Shown here: one piece after another, positions 29,044 to 37,614 of the stretch
Position numbering within the stretch: position 1 is the stretch's first letter
How the letters are laid out: each line of letters begins with the position of its first letter
Source of the DNA: Candidatus Omnitrophota bacterium
Lineage (GTDB): Bacteria > Omnitrophota > Gorgyraeia > Zapsychrales > Fredricksoniimonadaceae
Direction: 5' to 3'
Assembly (NCBI GenBank): GCA_903944345.1
Contig: CAJARJ010000016.1
Coordinates: forward strand, 25,852 to 89,851
DNA length: 64,000 nt
Notes under the pieces: model-generated
The model's input: only the letters and a program-made list of their open reading frames with translations
The model's database searches: none
Told to the model about the DNA's origin: nothing
Made by a program: the position numbers and the translations under genes

Positions 29044-29668
29044 TCTGTTGTTGACAGTGGTTGCCAGTTACTTGATCGGGTCGATTCCGACGGCTTATCT
29101 TTTTGGCAAGTGGCTTAAAGGTATCGATATCCGGGAGCATGGTTCCGGCAATGTTGGAGCAACTAATGCTTTTCGGGTTCTGGGCAAAGGCCCGGGCACT
29201 ATTGTTTTAATTATTGATATTGTTAAAGGAGTTGTGCCTGTTCTTCTTGCGGGAGTATTTCATGCGCAGGTGCCAGGCCGGATCCTTGCCGCTATAATGG
29301 CTGTTTGCGGACATAATTGGACATGTTTTCTGAATTTCAGGGGGGGCAAGGGGATTGCCACTACTCTAGGGGCTTTGATTGGCCTGACTGTTGTTCTTCC
29401 GGGCATTCGTTTAGCCGTTCTGTTTTGCGTTCTCGGGTGGGTCTTGTGTTTTCTGGTTACGGCATATGTTTCTGTATCTTCTATTTTTGCAGCCATTTTA
29501 CTTCCTGTTCTAATGATCATTTTTGCGGCGGATATCAGTATTGTTATCTTGAGTATTGTGTTGTGTCTGTTTGTTGTTTTTCGTCATCGTCCCAATATTC
29601 AGCGTCTTTTCAAGGGGCAGGAACACAAGGTTCCGTTGCCTTTCCATCCGCGTCCCCGCAGGGGATAA
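29030..29668 (+). CDS. plsY: glycerol-3-phosphate acyltransferase PlsY
   Basis: …SYLIGSIPTAYLFGK…IREHGSGNVGATNAFRVLGK…. Confidence 0.9.
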   Translation: MGVIDLLLTVVASYLIGSIPTAYLFGKWLKGIDIREHGSGNVGATNAFRVLGKGPGTIVLIIDIVKGVVPVLLAGVFHAQVPGRILAAIMAVCGHNWTCFLNFRGGKGIATTLGALIGLTVVLPGIRLAVLFCVLGWVLCFLVTAYVSVSSIFAAILLPVLMIIFAADISIVILSIVLCLFVVFRHRPNIQRLFKGQEHKVPLPFHPRPRRG

Positions 29669-29806
29669 TTCTGCAAATTTTCTGATTGCGCCTGCATTCC
29701 CGTCTCCGGGAAAGAGGGTTTTTTTTAAAGAAACCCTCCGGCCGTACCTTGTTTCTTGGATATTCAGATGCTATCCTTCAATTGTTTGAGGATCCAAGGG
29801 GGCGCA

Positions 29807-30154
29807 ATGAAACATGTCACGTATAGTAAAAGAGATATAGCTGGTAAAGGCCGGGTCGTTTCGATTCGTGAATCGCAAGAGGACAAGGAATCGGTCACGC
29901 GGGTCGTAAAGAATTTTGTTTATTTTATCAATCGTGCTGATTGCTTTCCCGAGCAAGAGGCGGCTCCGCAAATTCGCTTGACTAAAAAGATCGCAACAGA
30001 CGAGCATTCGGAAGTTTTTATCTTCAAAGTGAAAGGAATCATGCATGTTAAGGAAAGGAGGCTCGTGTTTGCAGTGCAGTACTGTCACAGTCTGGTGGTA
30101 AAACTTTTCTGGAAATCTCCGGCGGTTGCTTCGAAGCCGGCGGCACTGGCATAA
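29807..30154 (+). CDS. hypothetical protein
   Basis: 115-aa ORF from the ATG at 29807, with AAGGGGG 6 nt upstream. Followed by an intrinsic terminator. No recognisable domain. Confidence 0.4.
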   Translation: MKHVTYSKRDIAGKGRVVSIRESQEDKESVTRVVKNFVYFINRADCFPEQEAAPQIRLTKKIATDEHSEVFIFKVKGIMHVKERRLVFAVQYCHSLVVKLFWKSPAVASKPAALA

Positions 30155-30178
30155 GCGCCAAGAGCACCAGTGTCATGG

Positions 30179-30221
30179 CAGATGGCCGATCTGACAAGAA
30201 GTTGCGGCCATCTGTTTTTTT
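30179..30221 (+). terminator. rho-independent terminator
   Basis: CAGATGGCCG-(16-nt loop)-CGGCCATCTG followed by TTTTTTT. Confidence 0.55.
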
Positions 30222-30442
30222 ATCTTCATTAATTCCTGATGCGCTTTTTTTCAATTTCCTGCTGTTCTTTTTGAAATCTTTTTGCTAAACTAAGAATATA
30301 TATTTTAAAAAGCCCGATTGTGCTCAAGGCGTTAAATAATAACGCGATTGATCGCATAAAAATGCGAACGTGCTCAGCAATTGCGACGGGATTTTATCTC
30401 CCGGAAGTATTTTCAGATATATTTTTAGACCGCAAGACTTCC

Positions 30443-31180
30443 GACATGTTACATAAAATTTTGTTTACAGGTGTGCTCTTATGTTTGGCAGGATGTGCCG
30501 CTAGCGTAAAGACCGTTTCGTCCTTGCCAATGCAGCCCCAGCCCTCTGTGGTTCTGCTGGGTGTTACGGCCCAAGAGCAAGGACAAGTTGCGAATCTTCT
30601 TCCGTCAATAGAGCCGCCCGCGGATCAGAAAGAAGCAGACATTGTTTCTGGAATTATTTTTGGCAAGACGGAGTTTAAAGGGCTGTTAAAAACGTCTTAT
30701 GTTCGTTTGCTGATTGTAAATCGCGAGGATCCGGCGAAACAGTATGTTTTCGCTGTTGGAGACAGAATCTCTTCCGGTTTGCTGCCTTGGGTTCAGGACA
30801 GCAAGGTTATAGAGCCGGGTCATTTTGTTCTGGAACTTCCGCCAGGGAACTATAAGATGACCCAGGTGGCCATTCCCGCAGGTTCAACCCTGGCTGAGGA
30901 AGGTATGGAGCTTGATTTTTCTGTACAGACAAAAGGTGCGGTTTATCTGGGCACTCTTATGATTGACGGAACAAAAGAGAAGGTCAAGTTCGGAGGAATA
31001 CCGCTTATCCGTCCCGGGTTTGAGTATGTTCTCGAAGTCAGGGATGAATTTGATGAGGCGGTCAAATTTATCGGGCAGTTTATACCGGAGGATTATTTCA
31101 TAAAAAAAGATCTTTTTACTGTTGTATCTCTTGAGATGGATGGCATTCCGACGGCAGGTTCATTAAAGACGCAAGACTGA
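30443..31180 (+). CDS. hypothetical lipoprotein
   Basis: MLHKILFTGVLLCLAGCAAS lipobox. The start is chosen at the internal ATG; the track ORF begins at 30320. Confidence 0.5.
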   Translation, partial: DMLHKILFTGVLLCLAGCAASVKTVSSLPMQPQPSVVLLGVTAQEQGQVANLLPSIEPPADQKEADIVSGIIFGKTEFKGLLKTSYVRLLIVNREDPAKQYVFAVGDRISSGLLPWVQDSKVIEPGHFVLELPPGNYKMTQVAIPAGSTLAEEGMELDFSVQTKGAVYLGTLMIDGTKEKVKFGGIPLIRPGFEYVLEVRDEFDEAVKFIGQFIPEDYFIKKDLFTVVSLEMDGIPTAGSLKTQD

Positions 31181-31226
31181 TGGGTAGCCCTGAAAGAATC
31201 GGGGTCGATAGAGAAATAAAATTCAA

Positions 31227-31736
31227 ATGAGCGTGATTTTAATAAAGGAGGACAATGTGGGTGTTCGTTTATTCGGGCTTGTATTTGTTGTGGTAACTTT
31301 GGCGGGCTGTGCGTCGGTAAGGCCGCAGGCTCAACCATTGAGTCAGATTCAGAATCAGGTTAGCGATATTCAGCAGCGTGTTGATGAGCAGGAAAAAGAG
31401 ATTGTTGATCTTAAATATGAGGTTAAAGAGCTTTCCAGTAAATCTGATATGGCAAGGACTGTAACCTTGGAAGAAAGTGAACTTGATCCGGTCAAGAAAA
31501 CTTCTATATCAAAATCAGCTTCTGGTGCAGACAAAGTGATCAAGGTTGCGGCTTCTGCAGCGGATGTCCAGAAAGCATTGAAAGGGGCCGGGCTGTATGA
31601 TGGCAATATAGACGGAAAAATCGGCAGCAAAACTAGGTCGGCTATCATGGAATTTCAGAAGCAGCATAATCTCAAGGCTGACGGGGTTATTGGCCAGAAA
31701 ACCTGGAATGAACTCAAGCAGTATATCGCGGAGTAA
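31227..31736 (+). CDS. lipoprotein with coiled coil and C-terminal peptidoglycan-binding (PG_binding_1-like) domain
   Basis: Lipobox …VVVTLAGCAS. C-terminus …VQKALKGAGLYDGNIDGKIGSKTRSAIMEFQKQHNLKADGVIGQKTWNEL matches the PGBD repeat pattern. Confidence 0.65.
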   Translation: MSVILIKEDNVGVRLFGLVFVVVTLAGCASVRPQAQPLSQIQNQVSDIQQRVDEQEKEIVDLKYEVKELSSKSDMARTVTLEESELDPVKKTSISKSASGADKVIKVAASAADVQKALKGAGLYDGNIDGKIGSKTRSAIMEFQKQHNLKADGVIGQKTWNELKQYIAE

Positions 31737-31757
31737 TACAGATTATAGTTCTATCTG

Positions 31758-31788
31758 ACAACAGCCACGGCAGGTCCGTGGCTGTTGT
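31758..31788 (+). other. perfect 13-bp stem / 5-nt loop hairpin without U-tract
   Basis: ACAACAGCCACGG-caggt-CCGTGGCTGTTGT, sitting between the PG-binding lipoprotein gene and the pfkB-like gene. Confidence 0.5.
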
Positions 31789-31803
31789 GTCTATAAGGAA
31801 GAG

Positions 31804-32742
31804 TTGATGTCCAAAGTTCTCGCGGTGGCCCTGCATCCTTCATTTGACAGTGAACTTGTGGTCAGGCATTTTAATCTCGAGAGTGAAATGCGGGTGGAGA
31901 CGGTTCGTGTTTCCCCTGGAGGCAAGGCTGTTAATTGCGCGCGGGCATTGAAAGCGCTAGGAGTAAAAGTTGAGCTTTGCGGGATATGGGGACGTCAGGA
32001 CGGGGCGCGTGCGCAAGCTTTGCTGGTTGAAGAAGGGCTTACGGTGCATTCTTTCTTTGTCCCGGGAGAAACGCGAACCTGCTGGAGTGTGCGGGATATT
32101 GCTCTTAACAAACATTTCAGACTGATCGGTCGTGGGCCCCAAACAAGTTTGTCGGTGCTGGGGAGGCTGTTGAATTATATCTCTCGAAGTGCGAAGACGG
32201 CAAATGTCATGATCTTTTCGGGCAGTCTTCCGCCCGGAGTTCCGGACGACTACTATGCTGGGCTTGTTTCGCGTGCCAGAGACAAGAATGTTTTAAGCGT
32301 TCTTGATACCAGCGGGCAGGCATTAGCCGAGGGATTAAAAGCCCGGCCATTTTTGGTCAAGCCTAACCGACAGGAAGCGGAAGCTTTGTTGGGCTACCGG
32401 TTGTCCTCAGCACGCAGAATCCGCAGGGCTTTGACGGATATATCGGGGTATGGAGCAAGTGTTGTTTTACTTTCCCTGGGGGAAGATGGCATTGTGGTTT
32501 TTGATGGAGTCAGGGCGTTTACAGCCCGTAGTCCGCGTTTGCGGGGCGTTCGTAGCGCGGGATGCGGGGATGCTGCTTTGGCGGGATTTTTGGCGGGATT
32601 TCTGGCCGGAGAGGCTTTGCCGGATTGTCTTGGACTGGCTTGTGCGTGTGGCGCCGCGAATACTGCTGTTCCGGTAGCCGGGGCTATTTCTTGTGAAGCG
32701 GTAAATCGTTGTCGTCACCGGGTCAAAGTCGAGCGCTTTTGA
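31804..32742 (+). CDS. PfkB-family carbohydrate kinase (1-phosphofructokinase/tagatose-6-P kinase-like)
   Basis: C-terminal …GDAALAGFLAGFLAG… (anion-hole GAGD-type motif), ~310 aa. The start is probably the ATG at 31807. Confidence 0.75.
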   Translation: MMSKVLAVALHPSFDSELVVRHFNLESEMRVETVRVSPGGKAVNCARALKALGVKVELCGIWGRQDGARAQALLVEEGLTVHSFFVPGETRTCWSVRDIALNKHFRLIGRGPQTSLSVLGRLLNYISRSAKTANVMIFSGSLPPGVPDDYYAGLVSRARDKNVLSVLDTSGQALAEGLKARPFLVKPNRQEAEALLGYRLSSARRIRRALTDISGYGASVVLLSLGEDGIVVFDGVRAFTARSPRLRGVRSAGCGDAALAGFLAGFLAGEALPDCLGLACACGAANTAVPVAGAISCEAVNRCRHRVKVERF

Positions 32743-32762
32743 ATGGATGAACAGGAGGTCGT

Positions 32763-33416
32763 ATGTCAGTTCTTGATCATGAAGAACGGTTAAGTAAGCT
32801 TAAGCAGTTAAATAATCCTACGAGTCAGGAACTACGCAAGGCCGCCGAGGCTGCCGCGAGGGATTTCAAGACAGCTTGGCTTAGCCTGGCCCAGACGCTC
32901 TACGCTATCTGGCGTGACAAGCTGTATGAATATTGGGGCTATGAGAAATTTGAACATTATGTTGAACGTGAAGTGGGTATCAAGAAATCCATGGCGCTCA
33001 AGCTGATTAAAACATACGCTTTTATCGAGGATCAGGAACCGCAGTTTCTTAAAGAGGAATATTTGCAGGCCAAAGAGCCTGCAGTCTTGCCCGAGGTGGA
33101 TGCTTTGCATGTTTTGCGATTGGCGCGAGGCAAGAAAGAGCTTACTAAACAGGATTATCAGGATTTGCGCAGGCAGGTGGTTGATCAGGGTTGTGCCGCC
33201 GGTGTGGTTAGAAAAGATTTGACGTCTTTGATGAAGGAAAGAAAGCAGATTGACCCCCAGGAAGAACGGGAACAGCGTCATGCTGCAGCGGTGCGTCGTT
33301 TTCTTAATGCGATCCGTTCTTTCAAGAAAGATGCCGAGGCGCTTAAGCTGGTGAAAGTTGATCTGGTGCGTAAAGCGGAAGAGCTTTTCAAGGAACTGGA
33401 AGCGGAGATTGATTAG
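32763..33416 (+). CDS. hypothetical protein with predicted HTH-like segment
   Basis: 217 aa. …YEKFEHYVEREVGIKKSMALKLIKT… resembles a helix-turn-helix. No other motif. Confidence 0.45.
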   Translation: MSVLDHEERLSKLKQLNNPTSQELRKAAEAAARDFKTAWLSLAQTLYAIWRDKLYEYWGYEKFEHYVEREVGIKKSMALKLIKTYAFIEDQEPQFLKEEYLQAKEPAVLPEVDALHVLRLARGKKELTKQDYQDLRRQVVDQGCAAGVVRKDLTSLMKERKQIDPQEEREQRHAAAVRRFLNAIRSFKKDAEALKLVKVDLVRKAEELFKELEAEID

Positions 33417-33427
33417 AAAGGCAGTTT

Positions 33428-34225
33428 ATGCATTTGCAAAGAGCGTTGGTTGTTCTGGATCTGGAAACAACCGGGACATGGGTTGAGAAAGACCGGATTA
33501 TTGAGATCGCCATGATTCGTTTGTCCCCGGGAGGCGGTAAGGAGTTTTTTCACAAACGGGTGAATCCCCAGATCCCGATTCCAGGGGTCGTTTCCCGCCT
33601 GACCGGGATAACGGATGAAGATGTCAGAAATGCTCCGGTTTTTAAAGATATTGTTAAAGAGGCTGTTGAGTTTCTTCAGGATGCGGATATTGGTGGGTTC
33701 AATGTCGAAAAGTTTGATATGCCCCTTTTTGAGCGGGAGTGTCTGGATGCCGGAGTTCCGTTCTCTTTTATGGGGCGGTCAGTTTTTGACGCGCAAAAGA
33801 TTTTCCATGTTAACGAAAAGCGTGATTTGTCCGCAGCTTATTCGTTCTATTGCGGCAAGCCCTTGGTCGGGGCTCATGCCGCTATGGCAGACACCGAGGC
33901 GACGCTGGAGGTTTTACAGGCTCAGATTGACCGTTATTGCTCCGAAGAAGGTACAGTTGTTTCGCTTGGGAAGTTTAATTATCGTGAACAGACGGAGTTT
34001 TTTGATGCGGAAAGAAAATTTCGTTGGTGGAATGGCGAACTTTACATGATGTTTGGAAAGTATGCAAGGAAAGAGAGTTTACGGGATATTGTCAGAAAAG
34101 ATTCTGGTTATCTGGAATGGATGTTGACAAAAGATTTCGGGGAAGAGGTTAAGGAGCTGGTGGCCGGAGCGTTGCGAGGACATTTTCCGAAACCTCCGGA
34201 AGATGCCGGGATTGTTCAGCCCTAA
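33428..34225 (+). CDS. 3'-5' exonuclease, DEDDh (DnaQ/epsilon-like) with ~90-aa C-terminal extension
   Basis: Exo I …LVVLDLETTG…, Exo II …GFNVEKFDMPLF…, Exo III …HAAMADTEAT… (H-x4-D). Confidence 0.8.
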   Translation: MHLQRALVVLDLETTGTWVEKDRIIEIAMIRLSPGGGKEFFHKRVNPQIPIPGVVSRLTGITDEDVRNAPVFKDIVKEAVEFLQDADIGGFNVEKFDMPLFERECLDAGVPFSFMGRSVFDAQKIFHVNEKRDLSAAYSFYCGKPLVGAHAAMADTEATLEVLQAQIDRYCSEEGTVVSLGKFNYREQTEFFDAERKFRWWNGELYMMFGKYARKESLRDIVRKDSGYLEWMLTKDFGEEVKELVAGALRGHFPKPPEDAGIVQP

Positions 34226-34339
34226 ATCCGGCAAAGAGGGACGGCTGTGAATTGGCTGTTTTTCTATTGCGGGTGGAGTCCGAAAGCGTTAAGATCAACA
34301 GAGTGGTTATGGCGGATTGTTAACAGAGGGGTACTGGCT

Positions 34340-34789
34340 ATGTCTAAAAGTAAGGATTTTTGGTTTGTCGGAATTCTTGTTGGCATCGCGGTTGTTCTTG
34401 CGTTCTTTGCTTTTTCCAGGCAACCCGAGCGCGTTCTTTCCGGGCCTGCAGGTGAGCAGGCTTTGGTCAAGCCTGGGCAGGCCCCCGAACAGACGGCCAC
34501 CCAGGACACCAAGACTTTTCCTACTATGCTGACGCCTTTACATGAAGTGGAGTCCAGGAAAACTTTTTCGATACAGGTGTATTCTTTCAAGGAAAAAGAG
34601 CGTGCCGAGACTGCTTTGAAAGCGCTGAAGGATAAGAATTATCCCGCTTTTATCATGGTCAGCGATATTGGTGACCGCGGTATTTGGTATCGGGTTCGTG
34701 TTGGCAGTTTCACTGATGAGAATGAAGCCAAAAGAATTCTGGATTTATTGGTTCAGGATTTCAAAAACGGGATTATTGTTTCTGAATAG
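34340..34789 (+). CDS. SPOR domain-containing protein (septal peptidoglycan binding)
   Basis: N-terminal TM segment. C-terminal SPOR …FSIQVYSFKEKERAETALKALKDKNYPAFIMVSDIGDRGIWYRVRVGSFTDENEAKRI… The start is at the internal ATG. Confidence 0.75.
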   Translation: MSKSKDFWFVGILVGIAVVLAFFAFSRQPERVLSGPAGEQALVKPGQAPEQTATQDTKTFPTMLTPLHEVESRKTFSIQVYSFKEKERAETALKALKDKNYPAFIMVSDIGDRGIWYRVRVGSFTDENEAKRILDLLVQDFKNGIIVSE

Positions 34790-34828
34790 TTAAGCAAAAC
34801 ATTCACGATTGCTTTGCGGAGCAGGATT

Positions 34829-35425
34829 ATGAAAAGAAATTTAGCAGGTCTTTGTTTGTGTGTGATTGCAAGTCTGGCGGGATGTGCTACGCAGGTTGTC
34901 CGTAAGGATCCCGCGGAGATTATTGATCTTTCCGGAAGGTGGAATGATTCGGATGCACAGATGACCGCCGAGGAAATGATTCGTGAATGTTTGCAGGCCG
35001 CCTGGCTCGGCAAATTTAATAAAGCAGAAGGCCGCGATCCTGTGGTGATTACGGGAACAATTGTTAATCGCAGCCATGAACACATTGATGCCGGTATTTT
35101 TGTAGAAGATATTTCCAGGGTTTTGATCAATTCGGGGAAGGTTCGTTTTGTCGCTTCTGATCTGGATCGCCAGGAAGTGCGTCAGGAACGTCTTGATCAG
35201 CAAGAGAATTCTGCGGAAGCCACGCGAGCTCTGTTGCGACAGGAGACCGGAGCGGATTTCATGTTGAAGGGGGATATTTCCTCGATTAAAGATGAGGTCA
35301 AAGGCCGTTATGCTATTCTTTATCAGGTTGATCTGGTGCTGATTGACCTGACGACCAACGAAAAGGTCTGGATTGGTCAGAAAAAGATCAAGAAATTGGT
35401 CAAGAATCCGAAATATTCTTTCTGA
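34829..35425 (+). CDS. LpoB-like lipoprotein (penicillin-binding protein activator LpoB family-like)
   Basis: Lipobox MKRNLAGLCLCVIASLAGCA. …DLSGRWNDSDAQMTAEEMIRECL…PVVITGTIVNRSHEHID… follows the LpoB globular-domain pattern. Confidence 0.5.
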   Translation: MKRNLAGLCLCVIASLAGCATQVVRKDPAEIIDLSGRWNDSDAQMTAEEMIRECLQAAWLGKFNKAEGRDPVVITGTIVNRSHEHIDAGIFVEDISRVLINSGKVRFVASDLDRQEVRQERLDQQENSAEATRALLRQETGADFMLKGDISSIKDEVKGRYAILYQVDLVLIDLTTNEKVWIGQKKIKKLVKNPKYSF

Positions 35426-35442
35426 AATCCATCCAGTATGCC

Positions 35443-36801
35443 ATGCTTCTTTTGTTCCGTGATTTACGGATATCCTCTTTATTTTTGTTGACCGGAGCCC
35501 TTTGTTTTTCCTCTTGTGCTTCAGTTCCCCGGCTACAGTCACAGGTCATGGCTCTTTCGTCAGTCGGAAAATTTGACGAGGCGGCAGACCGCCTTCGCTC
35601 CTCAGGTGCGAGTTACGGGTCTGGCAATGATTTGCTTTTCTGGCTTGACCGGGGGTTGACAGAACAGTCCGCAGGACGCTATCAGGATAGCATTGAAAGT
35701 TTTGAAAAAGCCAAAGGCCTGTTTCGGGAACTTTATACCACATCATTGACTCAGGAGGGAGCCAGCTGGCTTTTTAATGACCGTGCGCAGGCTTATCGGG
35801 GGGCAGATTATGAATATGTCTTGCTTAATGTTTTTCAGGCTATCAATTTTGTCATGATGGGGAACGTCGTGGAGGCTTTAGTTGAGGCCCGGGATCTGGA
35901 TGCCAGGGTTCAGGTCTTTGACAGTGAAGCCTATCGCAAGCAGAGGGGGGATCATTTTGAAGATAATGGGTTTGCCAGGTTGTGGTTCGGGCTTTTGTAT
36001 GAGGCTTTGGGAGGGACAGCAGCGTTAAATGATGCCTGGATTTCCTACCGGCAGTCTTTGCTTGTTTATGATAATTATTATGAGAAAAAATATGTGCCCT
36101 TGCTCTTGCAGGAGGAGCTTATTTCTTCGGCAATGTATTTTCAGGATGACGAGCTTGCTGTTTTGCAGACCAGATTTCCGACTGCCAGGCCGATGGCTTT
36201 GGCGCAGAAACAGCAAAAAGCCAGGATTTACGTGATCTGTTTTCTTGGGCAGGCTCCGGCGAAAGTTTCAGACAGTATTTTGATCCCCGTTGGAGACGGG
36301 ATGGTGACCAGCTTTTCTTTGCCAAGACTTGTTCGTCGTCCCAGTGAAGTGGTCGGAGCCAGGATTCAGGTGGTTGGCGATGGCCCGCAACAGACAGTCG
36401 AAACAGAGCTTGGAGTTGATATTGCTGATTTGGCTGAACGGGCAATTATATCTGGTCGAGCATGGCTTGTTGCCAAAGCGGCCCTCCGTCCGGCATTGAA
36501 ACAGCTTGTTTTACGTCAGCAAAAAAAGAATCTTGAGAAGCGTTTCGGGGGGGAGGCTGGCTTTGTGTTTGGCTTGCTGGCCAGTGCGTATAATCTTTAC
36601 TCCGAGCAGGCTGACTTGCGTTCCTGGGAAATCTTGCCGGAGCAAATCAGGGTGGCCAGAATTTTTGTCGATCCCGGGCAATATCGAATGTTCCTTGAGG
36701 GAGTTGATGTTCGTGGAGACGGGGTTAAGAACACGGAACTGGGTAGTTACGAGTTGAAGGCGGGTGAAACAATTTATATTCTCAGAAGAATATTGCCTTA
36801 A
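35443..36801 (+). CDS. hypothetical lipoprotein (452 aa), possibly helical-repeat
   Basis: …LFLLTGALCFSSCAS lipobox. No catalytic motifs. Confidence 0.5.
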   Translation: MLLLFRDLRISSLFLLTGALCFSSCASVPRLQSQVMALSSVGKFDEAADRLRSSGASYGSGNDLLFWLDRGLTEQSAGRYQDSIESFEKAKGLFRELYTTSLTQEGASWLFNDRAQAYRGADYEYVLLNVFQAINFVMMGNVVEALVEARDLDARVQVFDSEAYRKQRGDHFEDNGFARLWFGLLYEALGGTAALNDAWISYRQSLLVYDNYYEKKYVPLLLQEELISSAMYFQDDELAVLQTRFPTARPMALAQKQQKARIYVICFLGQAPAKVSDSILIPVGDGMVTSFSLPRLVRRPSEVVGARIQVVGDGPQQTVETELGVDIADLAERAIISGRAWLVAKAALRPALKQLVLRQQKKNLEKRFGGEAGFVFGLLASAYNLYSEQADLRSWEILPEQIRVARIFVDPGQYRMFLEGVDVRGDGVKNTELGSYELKAGETIYILRRILP

Positions 36802-36897
36802 CATCGTAGACAGGTTGGTGAGGTTGCAAGATAGCGGAAAGAGGGAAAACCCTTTACGAATCTGGTCAGGATGTTTTATAATAAGATAATAATCTGT

Positions 36898-36927
36898 CCG
36901 GGATCGTTTATCCCGGTTTTTATTTGA
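36898..36927 (+). terminator. rho-independent terminator
   Basis: CCGGGAT-cgttt-ATCCCGG followed by TTTTTATTT. Confidence 0.5.
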
Positions 36928-36992
36928 CGTGGATGCAGTATCGTTTTGGGAACCTTATTGCATAATCAGGGTTTATTGACAAGGAGCAGAGC

Positions 36993-37214
36993 ATGCGCAG
37001 AATAATGGCGGTCACTTTCTTTTCTATTCTTCTTGCAGGGTGTACCGGGACTCAGAAGGGTGCCGGAATTGGTGCTATCGCGGGGGCAGGATTGGGAGCT
37101 ATTATTGGTCATCAGAGTGGCCACACGACGGAAGGAGCTCTGATTGGAGGAGCTCTGGGGGCTGCCGGAGGAGCGCTTGCGGGTGATGCCATGGAAGAAT
37201 CCGCAGACAAGTAA
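36993..37214 (+). CDS. glycine-zipper lipoprotein (YMGG/Gly-zipper_2TM-like)
   Basis: Lipobox ILLAGCTG, then GAGIGAIAGAGLGAIIG…GALIGGALGAAGGALAG repeats. AAGGAG RBS. Confidence 0.6.
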   Translation: MRRIMAVTFFSILLAGCTGTQKGAGIGAIAGAGLGAIIGHQSGHTTEGALIGGALGAAGGALAGDAMEESADK

Positions 37215-37225
37215 AGCAGGAGCCG

Positions 37226-37606
37226 ATGAAAATTATAATTGTTGATGATTCCTTGCTTGATCGCAAGTTGTTGTCTCGTACGCTGGTCAACAGCGGAGTC
37301 AAAAATGAAATTCTGCAGGCCGAGAACGGCGAGGCAGGAATGAAGTTGATCGCCGAGAATCTGGGGCATATTGCAGTTTTATTGCTGGATTATCAGATGC
37401 CCGAGATGTCCGGAGTCGAACTTATGGAAGCCTTGGTCAAAGTTCCGCAAACGGCCAGTATTCCGATGGTTATGGTTACAGCATCGACTTCAGATGATAG
37501 CCGGGCAGCCGCCTATAAGGTCAATCCCAATCTGGCGGGTTACGTGTACAAGCCGTATAAACCGGACCAATTGCTGGAACCGATTCGTTCCTATCTGCAA
37601 TTCTGA
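37226..37606 (+). CDS. single-domain response regulator (CheY-like receiver)
   Basis: MKIIIVDDS…LLLDYQMPEMSGVELMEAL…VMVTAS… (DD pocket, phospho-acceptor D, conserved T/K positions). Confidence 0.85.
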   Translation: MKIIIVDDSLLDRKLLSRTLVNSGVKNEILQAENGEAGMKLIAENLGHIAVLLLDYQMPEMSGVELMEALVKVPQTASIPMVMVTASTSDDSRAAAYKVNPNLAGYVYKPYKPDQLLEPIRSYLQF

Positions 37607-37614
37607 AAGGTTTT

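Noticed and set aside
32570-32615. Tandem 15-nt duplication (TTGGCGGGATTT x2)
   Set aside because: It lies inside the pfkB-like gene and encodes LAGFLAGFLAG in the nucleotide-binding helix. It is an in-frame coding duplication.
36025-36235. Overlapping small ORFs on both strands at 36025..36235
   Set aside because: They lie inside the 452-aa lipoprotein gene and have no RBS and no motifs. They are frame-shadow ORFs.
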